From assembly GCA_963702005.1 (NCBI GenBank), contig OY969696.1, forward strand, positions 2,688,001-2,752,000: a stretch of 64,000 bases of DNA, written 5' to 3'. Source of the DNA: Candidatus Aminicenantes bacterium (GTDB lineage Bacteria > Acidobacteriota > Aminicenantia > Aminicenantales > JAFGBC01). The notes under the pieces are model-generated. The model had not been told where the DNA came from. It saw nothing but the letters and a program-made list of their open reading frames with translations, and searched no databases. A program made the translations under genes and the position numbers. This document shows, piece after piece, positions 56,172 to 64,000 of this stretch (the first letter of the stretch is position 1; each line of letters begins with the position of its first letter).

Positions 56172-58184
56172 CTAAAAAACGGGTTTCCCGACGAGATTCT
56201 TCGGCCTTTCGACGCCGAACAGGGCGAGCAGGCTGGCCGTCAGGTCGTAGAGGGCGGGGCTCTCGCTGCGGATGGGCCGGTTGGCGAGAAGGATCCCCGG
56301 AATAATCTGAGGATCGCCCATGTGGTCGCCGCTCCATTTTTCGGTGTTGTCCTCGAAGATGTCCTTGGAGAAGCGCCCCATCGGCGAGCCCCAGGAGATC
56401 CGGTAGCCGCGGTTGAACCCGAGCACGATGTCGGGCGCGCGATCGAGGCAGGAACCCGTGTAGACGTCGCGGGCGACGAAGGCCCGCAGAACGGCCCGCT
56501 CGCCCGTCTTGGGATCGACCGTCTCTTCAAGCTTGCGCGCGATCTCCCGGACCAAAGTCTCCTTGTCGGGTCCGGGCGGCACGATGCCCTCGCTTTCGCG
56601 GCCGCGCTCGTTGATGTAGAGGCCGTTGAGGCCGACGCCGTAGGCCCGGCTCCGGGACCAGTCCGTATTCAGGAACAGGGAATCCTCGCTGAGGCGCCGC
56701 TCGCTCTTGAGGACGTGATAGCCGTTGGCCTTGAGCCAGCTGTTGAGGTTGAAGGCTCTCCGGAAGGGGTTGAAGCCGTGGTCCGACATGGCGATGACGA
56801 CGGCGTCGCGGCCGGCTTTGTCGAGCGCCTTGCCGAGGAGCGCGTCCATGTCCCGGTAGATGGACTCGATGACCGGCCCGTATTTGAGGGCGAGCTGCGC
56901 GTCGTATGTCGGGCTGGCCGGGTCCCTGAAACGCCAGAACATGTGCTGGCGCTGGTCGGTCGACGAGATGTAGAAAAAGAGGAGGCCGGCGTCGAAACGG
57001 GCCAGCTCGTAATCGAACATGTCGAGGCTCTCGCGCAGGATGCGGCCGTCCATGGCCAGAAACTCGTCCTCGTCGAGGACGTCGTTGTCGAGGGCGCTCG
57101 TGTCGGCGGGCAGGCCCTTGGTGAAGAACGGTCCGAACTTGGCGGCGAGCTCTTGGGCGTAAGATTCGGGGGTTGAAATGGGGAGGGCCGGGTCGCCGGG
57201 GTCGATGTTGACCGGCGTCACGTACAGCTTGAACTCGGGATGGACCTCCTTGAGATAGAAAAGGCAGATGCCGCCGACACTCTGAGTCGGCATGAAGCCG
57301 AACCGGACCTTCTTCCAGTCGCTCCATTCCTTCTCGCGCAGGATGAACTCCTGGCCCTGGAAGGAAATCCGCGCGACCGGGTGGACGGGATCGATGTCGA
57401 TCCGGAGGTCGACGAAGGTGTCGGGCAGGTCCTTGAGGAAGCTGTTGACGGGGCCTCTGAGCTTCGCGTCGACGCGGTTCCCGATGACATAGACCTGATG
57501 GACCCGGCCGCCGCCGATGTCTTCGTTGATTTCGGCCGGGACCGTCGTGTAGTAGTTGAACTGCCCGTAAGTCCCCAGCAGGTCGGGCGTGCCCATGCCG
57601 GAAATCGTCCGCTGGCGGCTGGCGACCGGAGGGTAATTGGCCGGGATCTTGAAGATCGTTGACGGGATGCCCTGCTCCTCGAGAATCTGCCAGAAAGCTT
57701 TGCCTTGGCGGAGGTTCCGGACCTCGCCGCCCGAGAGCGGGAAGACATATTTGCCGAGCTTCATGGTCCGTTTGGCCGCCTCGGTGGCCGAGGCTGAGAA
57801 AATGATGAACTTGGAAGGATCCGACTGTTGAGCCGGGTCCCGGTGGATGAAATCGAAGATGCCGTGGCCGCCCGGGTTCGTTCCGGCGATGAAGTTCGAC
57901 CAGGCGACCGGACTCTGGGGCGGGATGCTCGTCCGGAGCGGGCTGAAGCTCCCTTGCGCCGCCAGCTTGCGGAACGAGGGGAGCTTGCCCTCGTCCATCC
58001 ACAGCTTGAGGAGGCCGGGGTCGATGCCGTCCATGCCCAGGACGAGGACCTTGCGGGCCGCGTCCTTCTGGCCGTGGAGCTTGCTGACGAGCCCCGGGCC
58101 GCCCAGAGCGAGCAGCGAAGCGGCCCCCAGGCTGAGTTTGAGGAAGTCTCTCCGCTCGAGGGGATGGCCTTTGATCCTTGTCAT
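56172..58184 (-). CDS. Tat-exported alkaline phosphatase/NPP-family phosphodiesterase
   Basis: ERRDFLK twin-arginine signal; GMDGID, PPQSPVAWS, GHGIFDF, DQRQH, MSDHGF, WSGDH. Confidence 0.87.
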   Translation of the reverse strand: MTRIKGHPLERRDFLKLSLGAASLLALGGPGLVSKLHGQKDAARKVLVLGMDGIDPGLLKLWMDEGKLPSFRKLAAQGSFSPLRTSIPPQSPVAWSNFIAGTNPGGHGIFDFIHRDPAQQSDPSKFIIFSASATEAAKRTMKLGKYVFPLSGGEVRNLRQGKAFWQILEEQGIPSTIFKIPANYPPVASRQRTISGMGTPDLLGTYGQFNYYTTVPAEINEDIGGGRVHQVYVIGNRVDAKLRGPVNSFLKDLPDTFVDLRIDIDPVHPVARISFQGQEFILREKEWSDWKKVRFGFMPTQSVGGICLFYLKEVHPEFKLYVTPVNIDPGDPALPISTPESYAQELAAKFGPFFTKGLPADTSALDNDVLDEDEFLAMDGRILRESLDMFDYELARFDAGLLFFYISSTDQRQHMFWRFRDPASPTYDAQLALKYGPVIESIYRDMDALLGKALDKAGRDAVVIAMSDHGFNPFRRAFNLNSWLKANGYHVLKSERRLSEDSLFLNTDWSRSRAYGVGLNGLYINERGRESEGIVPPGPDKETLVREIARKLEETVDPKTGERAVLRAFVARDVYTGSCLDRAPDIVLGFNRGYRISWGSPMGRFSKDIFEDNTEKWSGDHMGDPQIIPGILLANRPIRSESPALYDLTASLLALFGVERPKNLVGKPVF

Positions 58185-60346
58185 GATCGGCCTTTCCGGG
58201 AGCGTTTCTGAGATGGAGGGACGGCGGTCCTAGCGGCCGCGCCTTCCGCGGCCAGGAGCGAGCGGCCGTCCATATGGGCCGGGACGGCGACGCCGAACAG
58301 CTCCATCACGGTCGGCGCGATGTCCATGATCGACGGCGGCCGTCCGTTGGTGCTCCCGTTCATGAAGAAAACGCCGGGCACGACCCTGGGGTCGATGCAG
58401 TGGTCGCCGCTCCAGGCTTTGAGGTTGTCCTCGAAGACGGACGGCGTGACCTTGCCCGTCACCGAATCCCAGGAGGCCCGGTAGCCCTCCGCGTAGCCGA
58501 CGATGAGGTCGGGCGCGTTTTCGCGGTAGGGGCCTCGATAGACGGCGTCACGGTCGAACAGGATGTTGATCCCGGCCGGGCCGTTCGCCCCGTCCTTGAG
58601 GCCGCCCAGCTTTGTCATGAGCTCGGCCTTGAGGGCCGTCGCCTCGGCGCCCGGCTCGACGATGCCCTGCGCTTCGCGGCCCTTGAGGTTGAGGTAGAGG
58701 CCGCCCAACCCGAGGGCGTAGGCTTTGGTCCGCGTCCAATCGACGTCCTTGAACCATTCTCCGTCGCCGCCGGTTCCTTCCTTGAGAAAGAGGTAGCCGT
58801 TCTTCCAGAGCCAGGAGTTGAGGTTGACGCCGCGCCGGAAGGATTTGAAGCCGTGGTCGGACATGATGATGAGGACGCCTCGATCGTCGAGCGTTTGCTC
58901 AACCCGGCCGACCAGGTCGTCCATCCTCCGGTAGAGGTCCTCGACGACGGCCGCGCTCATCCTGGCCTGTCCCGTTTTAAGGGCGGGATGGGCCTTATCG
59001 AGGTAGCGGAAGAACATGTGCTGGATGCTGTCGGTCGTCTCGAAAACGCAGACAACCATTCCCTTCCGCGTTTTCTTAATGGCGTTGAAGAACATGGCCT
59101 CCCACTCCAGATGATTGGAGTAGGTCAGCTCGAGGAAGGCTTTTTCGCTCAGGACGCCCTCGTTGAGGGCCCAGGTGTCGTTGGCCTCGCCGAGCGTGAT
59201 GAAGCTCCCCAGGAGCTTGGCCAGGTAGACCGAGTAGATGAAAGGATGGGAGATGGGGAGAGCCGGTTTTTCGGGATCGATGTTGAGGGGCGTGATATAC
59301 ATCTCAAAATGGGGCCTGACGCTCGTGATCAGAAAGCGCGCGATCGAACGGACCTTGATCCCCAGGCCGGGCTTGAAGACGAGCCCGGTCCAGGGCGAGA
59401 AAACATCCTTGGCGAGGCGGAAGGTCTGTCCCGAGACCTCGAGGACGGCCTCCTCCCGGCCGGGATCGAGCTTGACCGTCATCGGGATCCGGATCTCTCC
59501 GCCCGATTTGAGGAGGGTGTTCTCGGGGCCGGAGATAAAAGTCCGGACGACGTTCTCTTCGACCGTCACCGGAACGGCCAGGCCGCCCTCGCGCCTGTGG
59601 ACCTTTTCGGGATCGGACGTATAGAACGAGAACGTCCCTTGGCTTCCCTTGAGGTCGGGCGCGCACATCCCCGACAGGAGGTGGCCGCTGAATTTTTCGG
59701 GCGGGAAGGTGATCGGGACGCGGAGGATCGTGCTGAAAATGCCCTTGTCGCCCAGGAGCTTCCAGAACGGGACGCTCCTGCGCAAGCCGCGGATCTCGGG
59801 CTTGGAGATCGGGATGTCGTACTTGCCGACGGACAGGACCTTCTTCGGCTTTCCGATCCGGGCCGAGGACAGGTCGGGAAGATACGTCTTCGGGTCGCGG
59901 CTCAGGAAGTCGAAGATATTATGCTTGGACGGCTCGGAGCCGGTCATGAAAGAGGACCAGGCGACCGGCGAGATCGAGGGAATGGTCGTCTGGAGCCGGG
60001 CGTAGGTCCCGTCCTTTTTGAGCCGGCTGAGGTTGGGGAGCTTCCCCTCGGCCATGAACTTTTCGGCGATCGTCGGCTCCATGCCGTCCAGGCCGAGGAT
60101 GACGACCTTGTCGACCTTGCCTTTCCGATAGGCTCTTTGGCCGCGCAGGGCGCGCCACAGGAAGCGAAACGGCCAGGATAAGAACGAAAATACGGCCAGG
60201 AAAAAAGTCAGGAATAGGACAAGGAACGAGGACAGGAAGGCGAACCCGGCGCCCGGGCCGATGTAGGCGGCCGCCGGCAGGGCGATCCCGAGGATGAGTA
60301 CGAGCGCGATTCCCGCGCCGATGATCCCGGCTTTGGGACGGTTCAT
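58181..60346 (-). CDS. Membrane-anchored alkaline phosphatase/NPP-family phosphodiesterase
   Basis: Signal peptide, AYIGPGAG, TM; GLDG, PSISPVAWS, DSIQH, MSDHGF, WSGDH. Confidence 0.87.
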   Translation of the reverse strand: MNRPKAGIIGAGIALVLILGIALPAAAYIGPGAGFAFLSSFLVLFLTFFLAVFSFLSWPFRFLWRALRGQRAYRKGKVDKVVILGLDGMEPTIAEKFMAEGKLPNLSRLKKDGTYARLQTTIPSISPVAWSSFMTGSEPSKHNIFDFLSRDPKTYLPDLSSARIGKPKKVLSVGKYDIPISKPEIRGLRRSVPFWKLLGDKGIFSTILRVPITFPPEKFSGHLLSGMCAPDLKGSQGTFSFYTSDPEKVHRREGGLAVPVTVEENVVRTFISGPENTLLKSGGEIRIPMTVKLDPGREEAVLEVSGQTFRLAKDVFSPWTGLVFKPGLGIKVRSIARFLITSVRPHFEMYITPLNIDPEKPALPISHPFIYSVYLAKLLGSFITLGEANDTWALNEGVLSEKAFLELTYSNHLEWEAMFFNAIKKTRKGMVVCVFETTDSIQHMFFRYLDKAHPALKTGQARMSAAVVEDLYRRMDDLVGRVEQTLDDRGVLIIMSDHGFKSFRRGVNLNSWLWKNGYLFLKEGTGGDGEWFKDVDWTRTKAYALGLGGLYLNLKGREAQGIVEPGAEATALKAELMTKLGGLKDGANGPAGINILFDRDAVYRGPYRENAPDLIVGYAEGYRASWDSVTGKVTPSVFEDNLKAWSGDHCIDPRVVPGVFFMNGSTNGRPPSIMDIAPTVMELFGVAVPAHMDGRSLLAAEGAAARTAVPPSQKRSRKGRS

Positions 60347-61638
60347 GCGTAATTATCCAGGATGAGGCGGGCCAGGCCCGAGATCGAGAGGTCGTCCCCG
60401 TGGTCCCGGGCGGCCCAGAAAAAGGCGTCATCCCAAGTGTGCATGCCCTGGAGGTCGGTGGGAGTGAAGACATCCTTCTTTTTGGTCGAGCCCTTCAAGT
60501 CGAATCCGTACTCGGAAACGACCAGGAGGTCCGGCCCTTGGGGGGTCAGCGGGCCATTGTAAACGTCCTCGGCGGCGAAGACCCTGCGGACGACCTTGCG
60601 GCCTTGAAACTCGAGCCTTTCGAGCTTGGCCTTGACCTCGGCCCGAAGGGCCTTGGCCGACGAAGGAGCGACCGATCCTTTGGGGAATCTTCCTTTGAGG
60701 TTGAGGTAGATCCGGTTGGGGTCCAGGGCGAAAGCCCGGGATTCGGAGGCGAGGTCCTCGAGGCCCTTGGGCGCGGGATTCCCGTACTTGAGATACCCCT
60801 CCCGCTCGAGCCAGGAATTCAAATTGACCTCGCTGTCGAGGCGGGTGAAGCCATGGTCGGACAGGAGATACAGGACGGGCTCGCGCTCGTCCGGCTGCTT
60901 GAGGGCCGTCACGATCCGCTCGATGATCCGGTCGACCTGCCGATAGTAGTCGAGGAAGTTCGCATGGTAGGGATGGGCCGCGTTCTGGCCGGCGTTCCAA
61001 AGATAATGGTGGAGACGGTCCGTGCCGGTGACGACGAACTCGAAGTAATCCCAGTCGTCCCGCCAGAAGTAGTTGAGGGCCTTCTGGCGGCCGGCCATCG
61101 TCTTGGCCAGCTCCTGCCAGAGGAATTCGTGGTCCTCACGGGCCCGCATCGTGTCGATGTCGATCTGGTAGCCCATCTTTTCCAGGGCCAGCTTCTGGGC
61201 GGCCGGGTAGACGGCCTTGGCCAGGTCCAGGGCGACGAAGCCGGAGACGAGGACACCGCTCAGGGGGCGGGCAGGATAAGTGGACGGCTGGTTGATGACG
61301 ATGGATTTGCGGCCTTTGCGGCCGATGATATCCCAGATCGTCTCCGCTTTGACGTCATGAAAATTGGGGAAGCGGACCTCGTAGGAAGCCGGCTTGAAAT
61401 CGGTGAACCCGAAGATGCCGTGAGTCCCCGCGTTCGTCCCGGTCATGAAGTCCGTCCAGCTGACCGCCGAAATCTCGGGGAGGCTCGCCTTCATCCTGTG
61501 GAGGCAGCCCTCTTCGACGAGCTTGGCCATGGCCGGCATGATCCCCTTGGCGCAGAAATCGAGGAGCAGAGAATGGGGCACGCCGTCCAGCCCGATGACG
61601 CAGACCTTTCGATTTTTTTTCTTCTTGAATAGTGCCAT
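60343..61638 (-). CDS. Cytoplasmic alkaline phosphatase/NPP-family phosphodiesterase
   Basis: GLDG, PEISAVSW, HGIFGF, DRLHH, LSDHGF, GMH; no export signal. Confidence 0.87.
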   Translation of the reverse strand: MALFKKKKNRKVCVIGLDGVPHSLLLDFCAKGIMPAMAKLVEEGCLHRMKASLPEISAVSWTDFMTGTNAGTHGIFGFTDFKPASYEVRFPNFHDVKAETIWDIIGRKGRKSIVINQPSTYPARPLSGVLVSGFVALDLAKAVYPAAQKLALEKMGYQIDIDTMRAREDHEFLWQELAKTMAGRQKALNYFWRDDWDYFEFVVTGTDRLHHYLWNAGQNAAHPYHANFLDYYRQVDRIIERIVTALKQPDEREPVLYLLSDHGFTRLDSEVNLNSWLEREGYLKYGNPAPKGLEDLASESRAFALDPNRIYLNLKGRFPKGSVAPSSAKALRAEVKAKLERLEFQGRKVVRRVFAAEDVYNGPLTPQGPDLLVVSEYGFDLKGSTKKKDVFTPTDLQGMHTWDDAFFWAARDHGDDLSISGLARLILDNYA

Positions 61639-61789
61639 GACAAGCCTTTTATTATAGCAATCGAACCGACAAAGTCAAAGCGGAGGTCAATCTGACCGGA
61701 CTATCAAATAACATAGACCTTCCGAGGCTTGAGGGCGAGGGGGATGTTGGAGAAGCCCGCCGAGCGGGTCGGTAGAGAATAATGGGGAA

Positions 61790-61944
61790 GGGCGAGGGGA
61801 GGATGGTGAAGAAGGCCGTATGAGAGACCGAGCGGGCATGGATCCCGCTAGCGAAGCGAGGGCGGGAGAGCGAGGGCTCGAATCGAGTGAAGCTTTCCTC
61901 GCTGGGGAAAGCGAACGTGCCTTCGAACCATCCTCCCCGAGCCC
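61790..61944. repeat. Intergenic inverted-repeat (MITE/REP-like) element
   Basis: GGGCGAGGGGAGGATGGT (61790-61807) pairs with ACCATCCTCCCCGAGCCC (61927-61944); related half-copy at 61731; internal hairpins. Confidence 0.5.
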
Positions 61945-61946
61945 TC

Positions 61947-63962
61947 TCAGCCCAGGTGCTCGGCGACGAGCTGGGCGATGTCCTTGACGGCGATATCCGT
62001 CCGTCCCTTGTCCTTGAGCCCGTCGACGAGCATGCTCTTGCAGAAGGGGCAGGCCGTGGCGACGGTCTTCGCGCCCGAGGCGAGGAGCTCGTCCGTCCTG
62101 AGATGATTGATCCGCTTGCCGAGCGATTCCTCGGTCCACATTAACCCGCCTCCGGCGCCGCAGCAGAATCCGTGCTCCTTGGAGCGGGCGGGCTCCTTGA
62201 GACCTTCCGGGGCCAGCCGGCCCAGGACGGAGCGCGGCTCGGACGTCATCCCGTTATGGCGGGCCAGATAGCAGGGATCGTGATAGGTTAAGTCCCCCAC
62301 ATCCGCGGGACCGACCGTCAAACGCCCCTCCTTGACCAGACGAGCGATGAGTTCGGTATGGTGGACGACCTCTATTCCTTCCAGGGCGGCCTTGTCCTCG
62401 TCCGAGAAGGCGGACAGGCGGTCGAGAAGCCGCGGATACTCGTGCTTGAGGATGTTAAAGCCGTGGGGACAGGCCGTGACGATCCGTCGGACTTTATGCC
62501 CCAGGAACAGGCTCAAGTTCTCGGCCGCCAGCTGCTGGAAAAGGTACTCATGGCCGAGGCGACGGGCCGAGTCGCCGCAGCATTTCTCGTCCGTCCCCAG
62601 GATGGCGAAATCGATACCGGCCTTCCGGAACAGCGCGGCCAAGGCGACGGACACCTTGCGGCCCTCCTCGTCGAACGACCCGGAGCACCCGACATAGAAA
62701 AGCCAGTCCGCGTCCGGCTTGTCCTTGAGAAGCGGGACGTTCAGGCCTTCGGCCCATTCCGCCCGCTTGGAAAATCCGATCCCCCAAGGGTTCGAGTTCG
62801 TCTCCATGTTCCGGAAGGTCTGGTTGAGCTCGGCCGGGAACTTGCTCTCCATCAGGACCCGGCTCTGGCGAAGCCCGACGATCTTGGCGATGTGCTCGAT
62901 CTCGACCGGACAGACATGCATGCAGGCTCCGCAGGTCGTGCAGGTCCAGACCTCGCCCTCTTCGAAGGTTTCGGGCATGAGCGTCGCGCAAAGGTCCCTC
63001 TTCTTGGCGACGAGCGCCTTCCGCTCTTTAAGAAGCCGGCGCTCCTGGTTGTAGAGGATCATCTTGGGGGAAAGCGGCTTCCCGCTGGCAAAGGCCGGAC
63101 AGACATCCTGGCAGCGGCCGCATTCCATGCAGGCGAAGGCGTCCAGGTTGTCCTTCCAGCTGAAATCGGGCGCCTTCTCGATCCCGAACCTCTCGGACGT
63201 CTCGAGGTCGAGGGGGGCGAGCTCTCCGCAGGGCCGCTCCGGCCGGAACAGGACGTTAAACGGGCCGGCCAGCATATGGAGGTACTTGGAATGAGGGACG
63301 TAGGATATGAACCCGAAGACAAGCAGGATGTGGAGCCACCAGGACAGCTTGAAATGCGAGGCGATCGCGGCGGCACTCGCGCCCGAAGCGGCGATCTTGC
63401 CGGCCAGGGCGCCGCCTAAAAAGGAGAGGCGGGCCGCCCCGGGCTGGTGGGCGATGGCGAAGGCCTCGAAATAGAGATAGCTCAGGGTGACCGCGATCAG
63501 GAAAAAGTAGATGAGGCCCGAGTCCAGCTTCGTCGTCTTATAGGCCTCGGGCCGGACGATGAAGCGCCGGACGATGAAAAACAAGGCCCCGACTAGGACG
63601 AGGACGGCCAAGACGTCGACGACGAGCGAAAACAGCAGCCCCAGGCCGCTTCGGCCGAAAAGATAGAATCCGTCGAAGAACCCTTCCAGGGTATGGTTGA
63701 CGGTCATCGTGTCGAAGGTCAGAGCTCCGTAGAAGATGAAGACATGCATGAACCCCGTGAAGCGGCGCTCGTTCTTCAGCGTGCATTTCTGAAGAAGGAC
63801 CTTGGCCAGGGCGGTTCGGACCCGGCGCCCGATCTCCCCGAAGCGGAGCGCGGGCTGCCCGGAGCGCACGATCCGGAAGCGGAGGAGGAGGGGCGCCAGG
63901 AAGGCCGCGGCCGTCGCGGCGATGCAAGCCGCGAAAACGATCTTTTCGATGGAGGACAGCAT
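61947..63962 (-). CDS. Membrane-bound Fe-S oxidoreductase (HdrD/FadF-like: TM domain, 2x[4Fe-4S], 2 CCG domains)
   Basis: CMECGRCQDVCP, CTTCGACMHVCP, EKCCG, YHDPCY, CCGAGGG, TACPFC. Confidence 0.9.
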   Translation of the reverse strand: MLSSIEKIVFAACIAATAAAFLAPLLLRFRIVRSGQPALRFGEIGRRVRTALAKVLLQKCTLKNERRFTGFMHVFIFYGALTFDTMTVNHTLEGFFDGFYLFGRSGLGLLFSLVVDVLAVLVLVGALFFIVRRFIVRPEAYKTTKLDSGLIYFFLIAVTLSYLYFEAFAIAHQPGAARLSFLGGALAGKIAASGASAAAIASHFKLSWWLHILLVFGFISYVPHSKYLHMLAGPFNVLFRPERPCGELAPLDLETSERFGIEKAPDFSWKDNLDAFACMECGRCQDVCPAFASGKPLSPKMILYNQERRLLKERKALVAKKRDLCATLMPETFEEGEVWTCTTCGACMHVCPVEIEHIAKIVGLRQSRVLMESKFPAELNQTFRNMETNSNPWGIGFSKRAEWAEGLNVPLLKDKPDADWLFYVGCSGSFDEEGRKVSVALAALFRKAGIDFAILGTDEKCCGDSARRLGHEYLFQQLAAENLSLFLGHKVRRIVTACPHGFNILKHEYPRLLDRLSAFSDEDKAALEGIEVVHHTELIARLVKEGRLTVGPADVGDLTYHDPCYLARHNGMTSEPRSVLGRLAPEGLKEPARSKEHGFCCGAGGGLMWTEESLGKRINHLRTDELLASGAKTVATACPFCKSMLVDGLKDKGRTDIAVKDIAQLVAEHLG

Positions 63963-64000
63963 GATGACTCCCTTATTAAAAAGGAATGGCGATGCCCCAC

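Noticed and set aside
58274-60181. Long plus-strand ORFs (also 9419-10642, 25130-26470, 28260-29591, 53601-55193, 55833-57176)
   Set aside because: Antisense shadows of well-supported genes, expected in high-GC DNA; no motifs or RBS support.

Overview
GC-rich bacterial chromosomal window; an Acidobacteriota/Aminicenantes-like anaerobe is a guess from gene content and was not verified. Positions 1-35.2 kb are mostly housekeeping and metabolic genes: miaB, nusA-infB-rbfA-nrnA-truB, recN, bamD-rpe-PASTA, and a rhamnose cluster interrupted by a HEAT/HD-GYP pair. An S8 protease gene there carries a single-base frameshift. A tRNA-Arg(ACG) at 35218-35291 is the target of two tandem integrated elements, bounded by three copies of its 3' half. 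Element 1 (35247-48220, about 13 kb) is phage-satellite-like. It has a tyrosine integrase, four excisionase-type HTH genes, a DnaB-N/AAA helicase with an iteron origin, RusA, PC4, a large terminase and a tail tape-measure protein, but no recognisable capsid, portal or tail-tube gene. Element 2 (48161-50194, about 2 kb) has no integrase yet keeps a complete att architecture (its own arm repeats and IHF sites at the same spacing as element 1). It carries only two duplicated, self-promoted, signal-peptide-bearing phage tail-collar genes that differ mainly in a 34-residue tip. Further right are a sigma54-driven 49-aa small ORF, nested hairpin repeats, a secreted glycosidase and skp. These are followed by an operon of three NPP/alkaline-phosphatase-family enzymes, a small RHH protein ending in an LxxLGY tail and a DUF106/Oxa1-superfamily-like membrane protein. 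All calls come from motif recognition by eye; no database searches were run.
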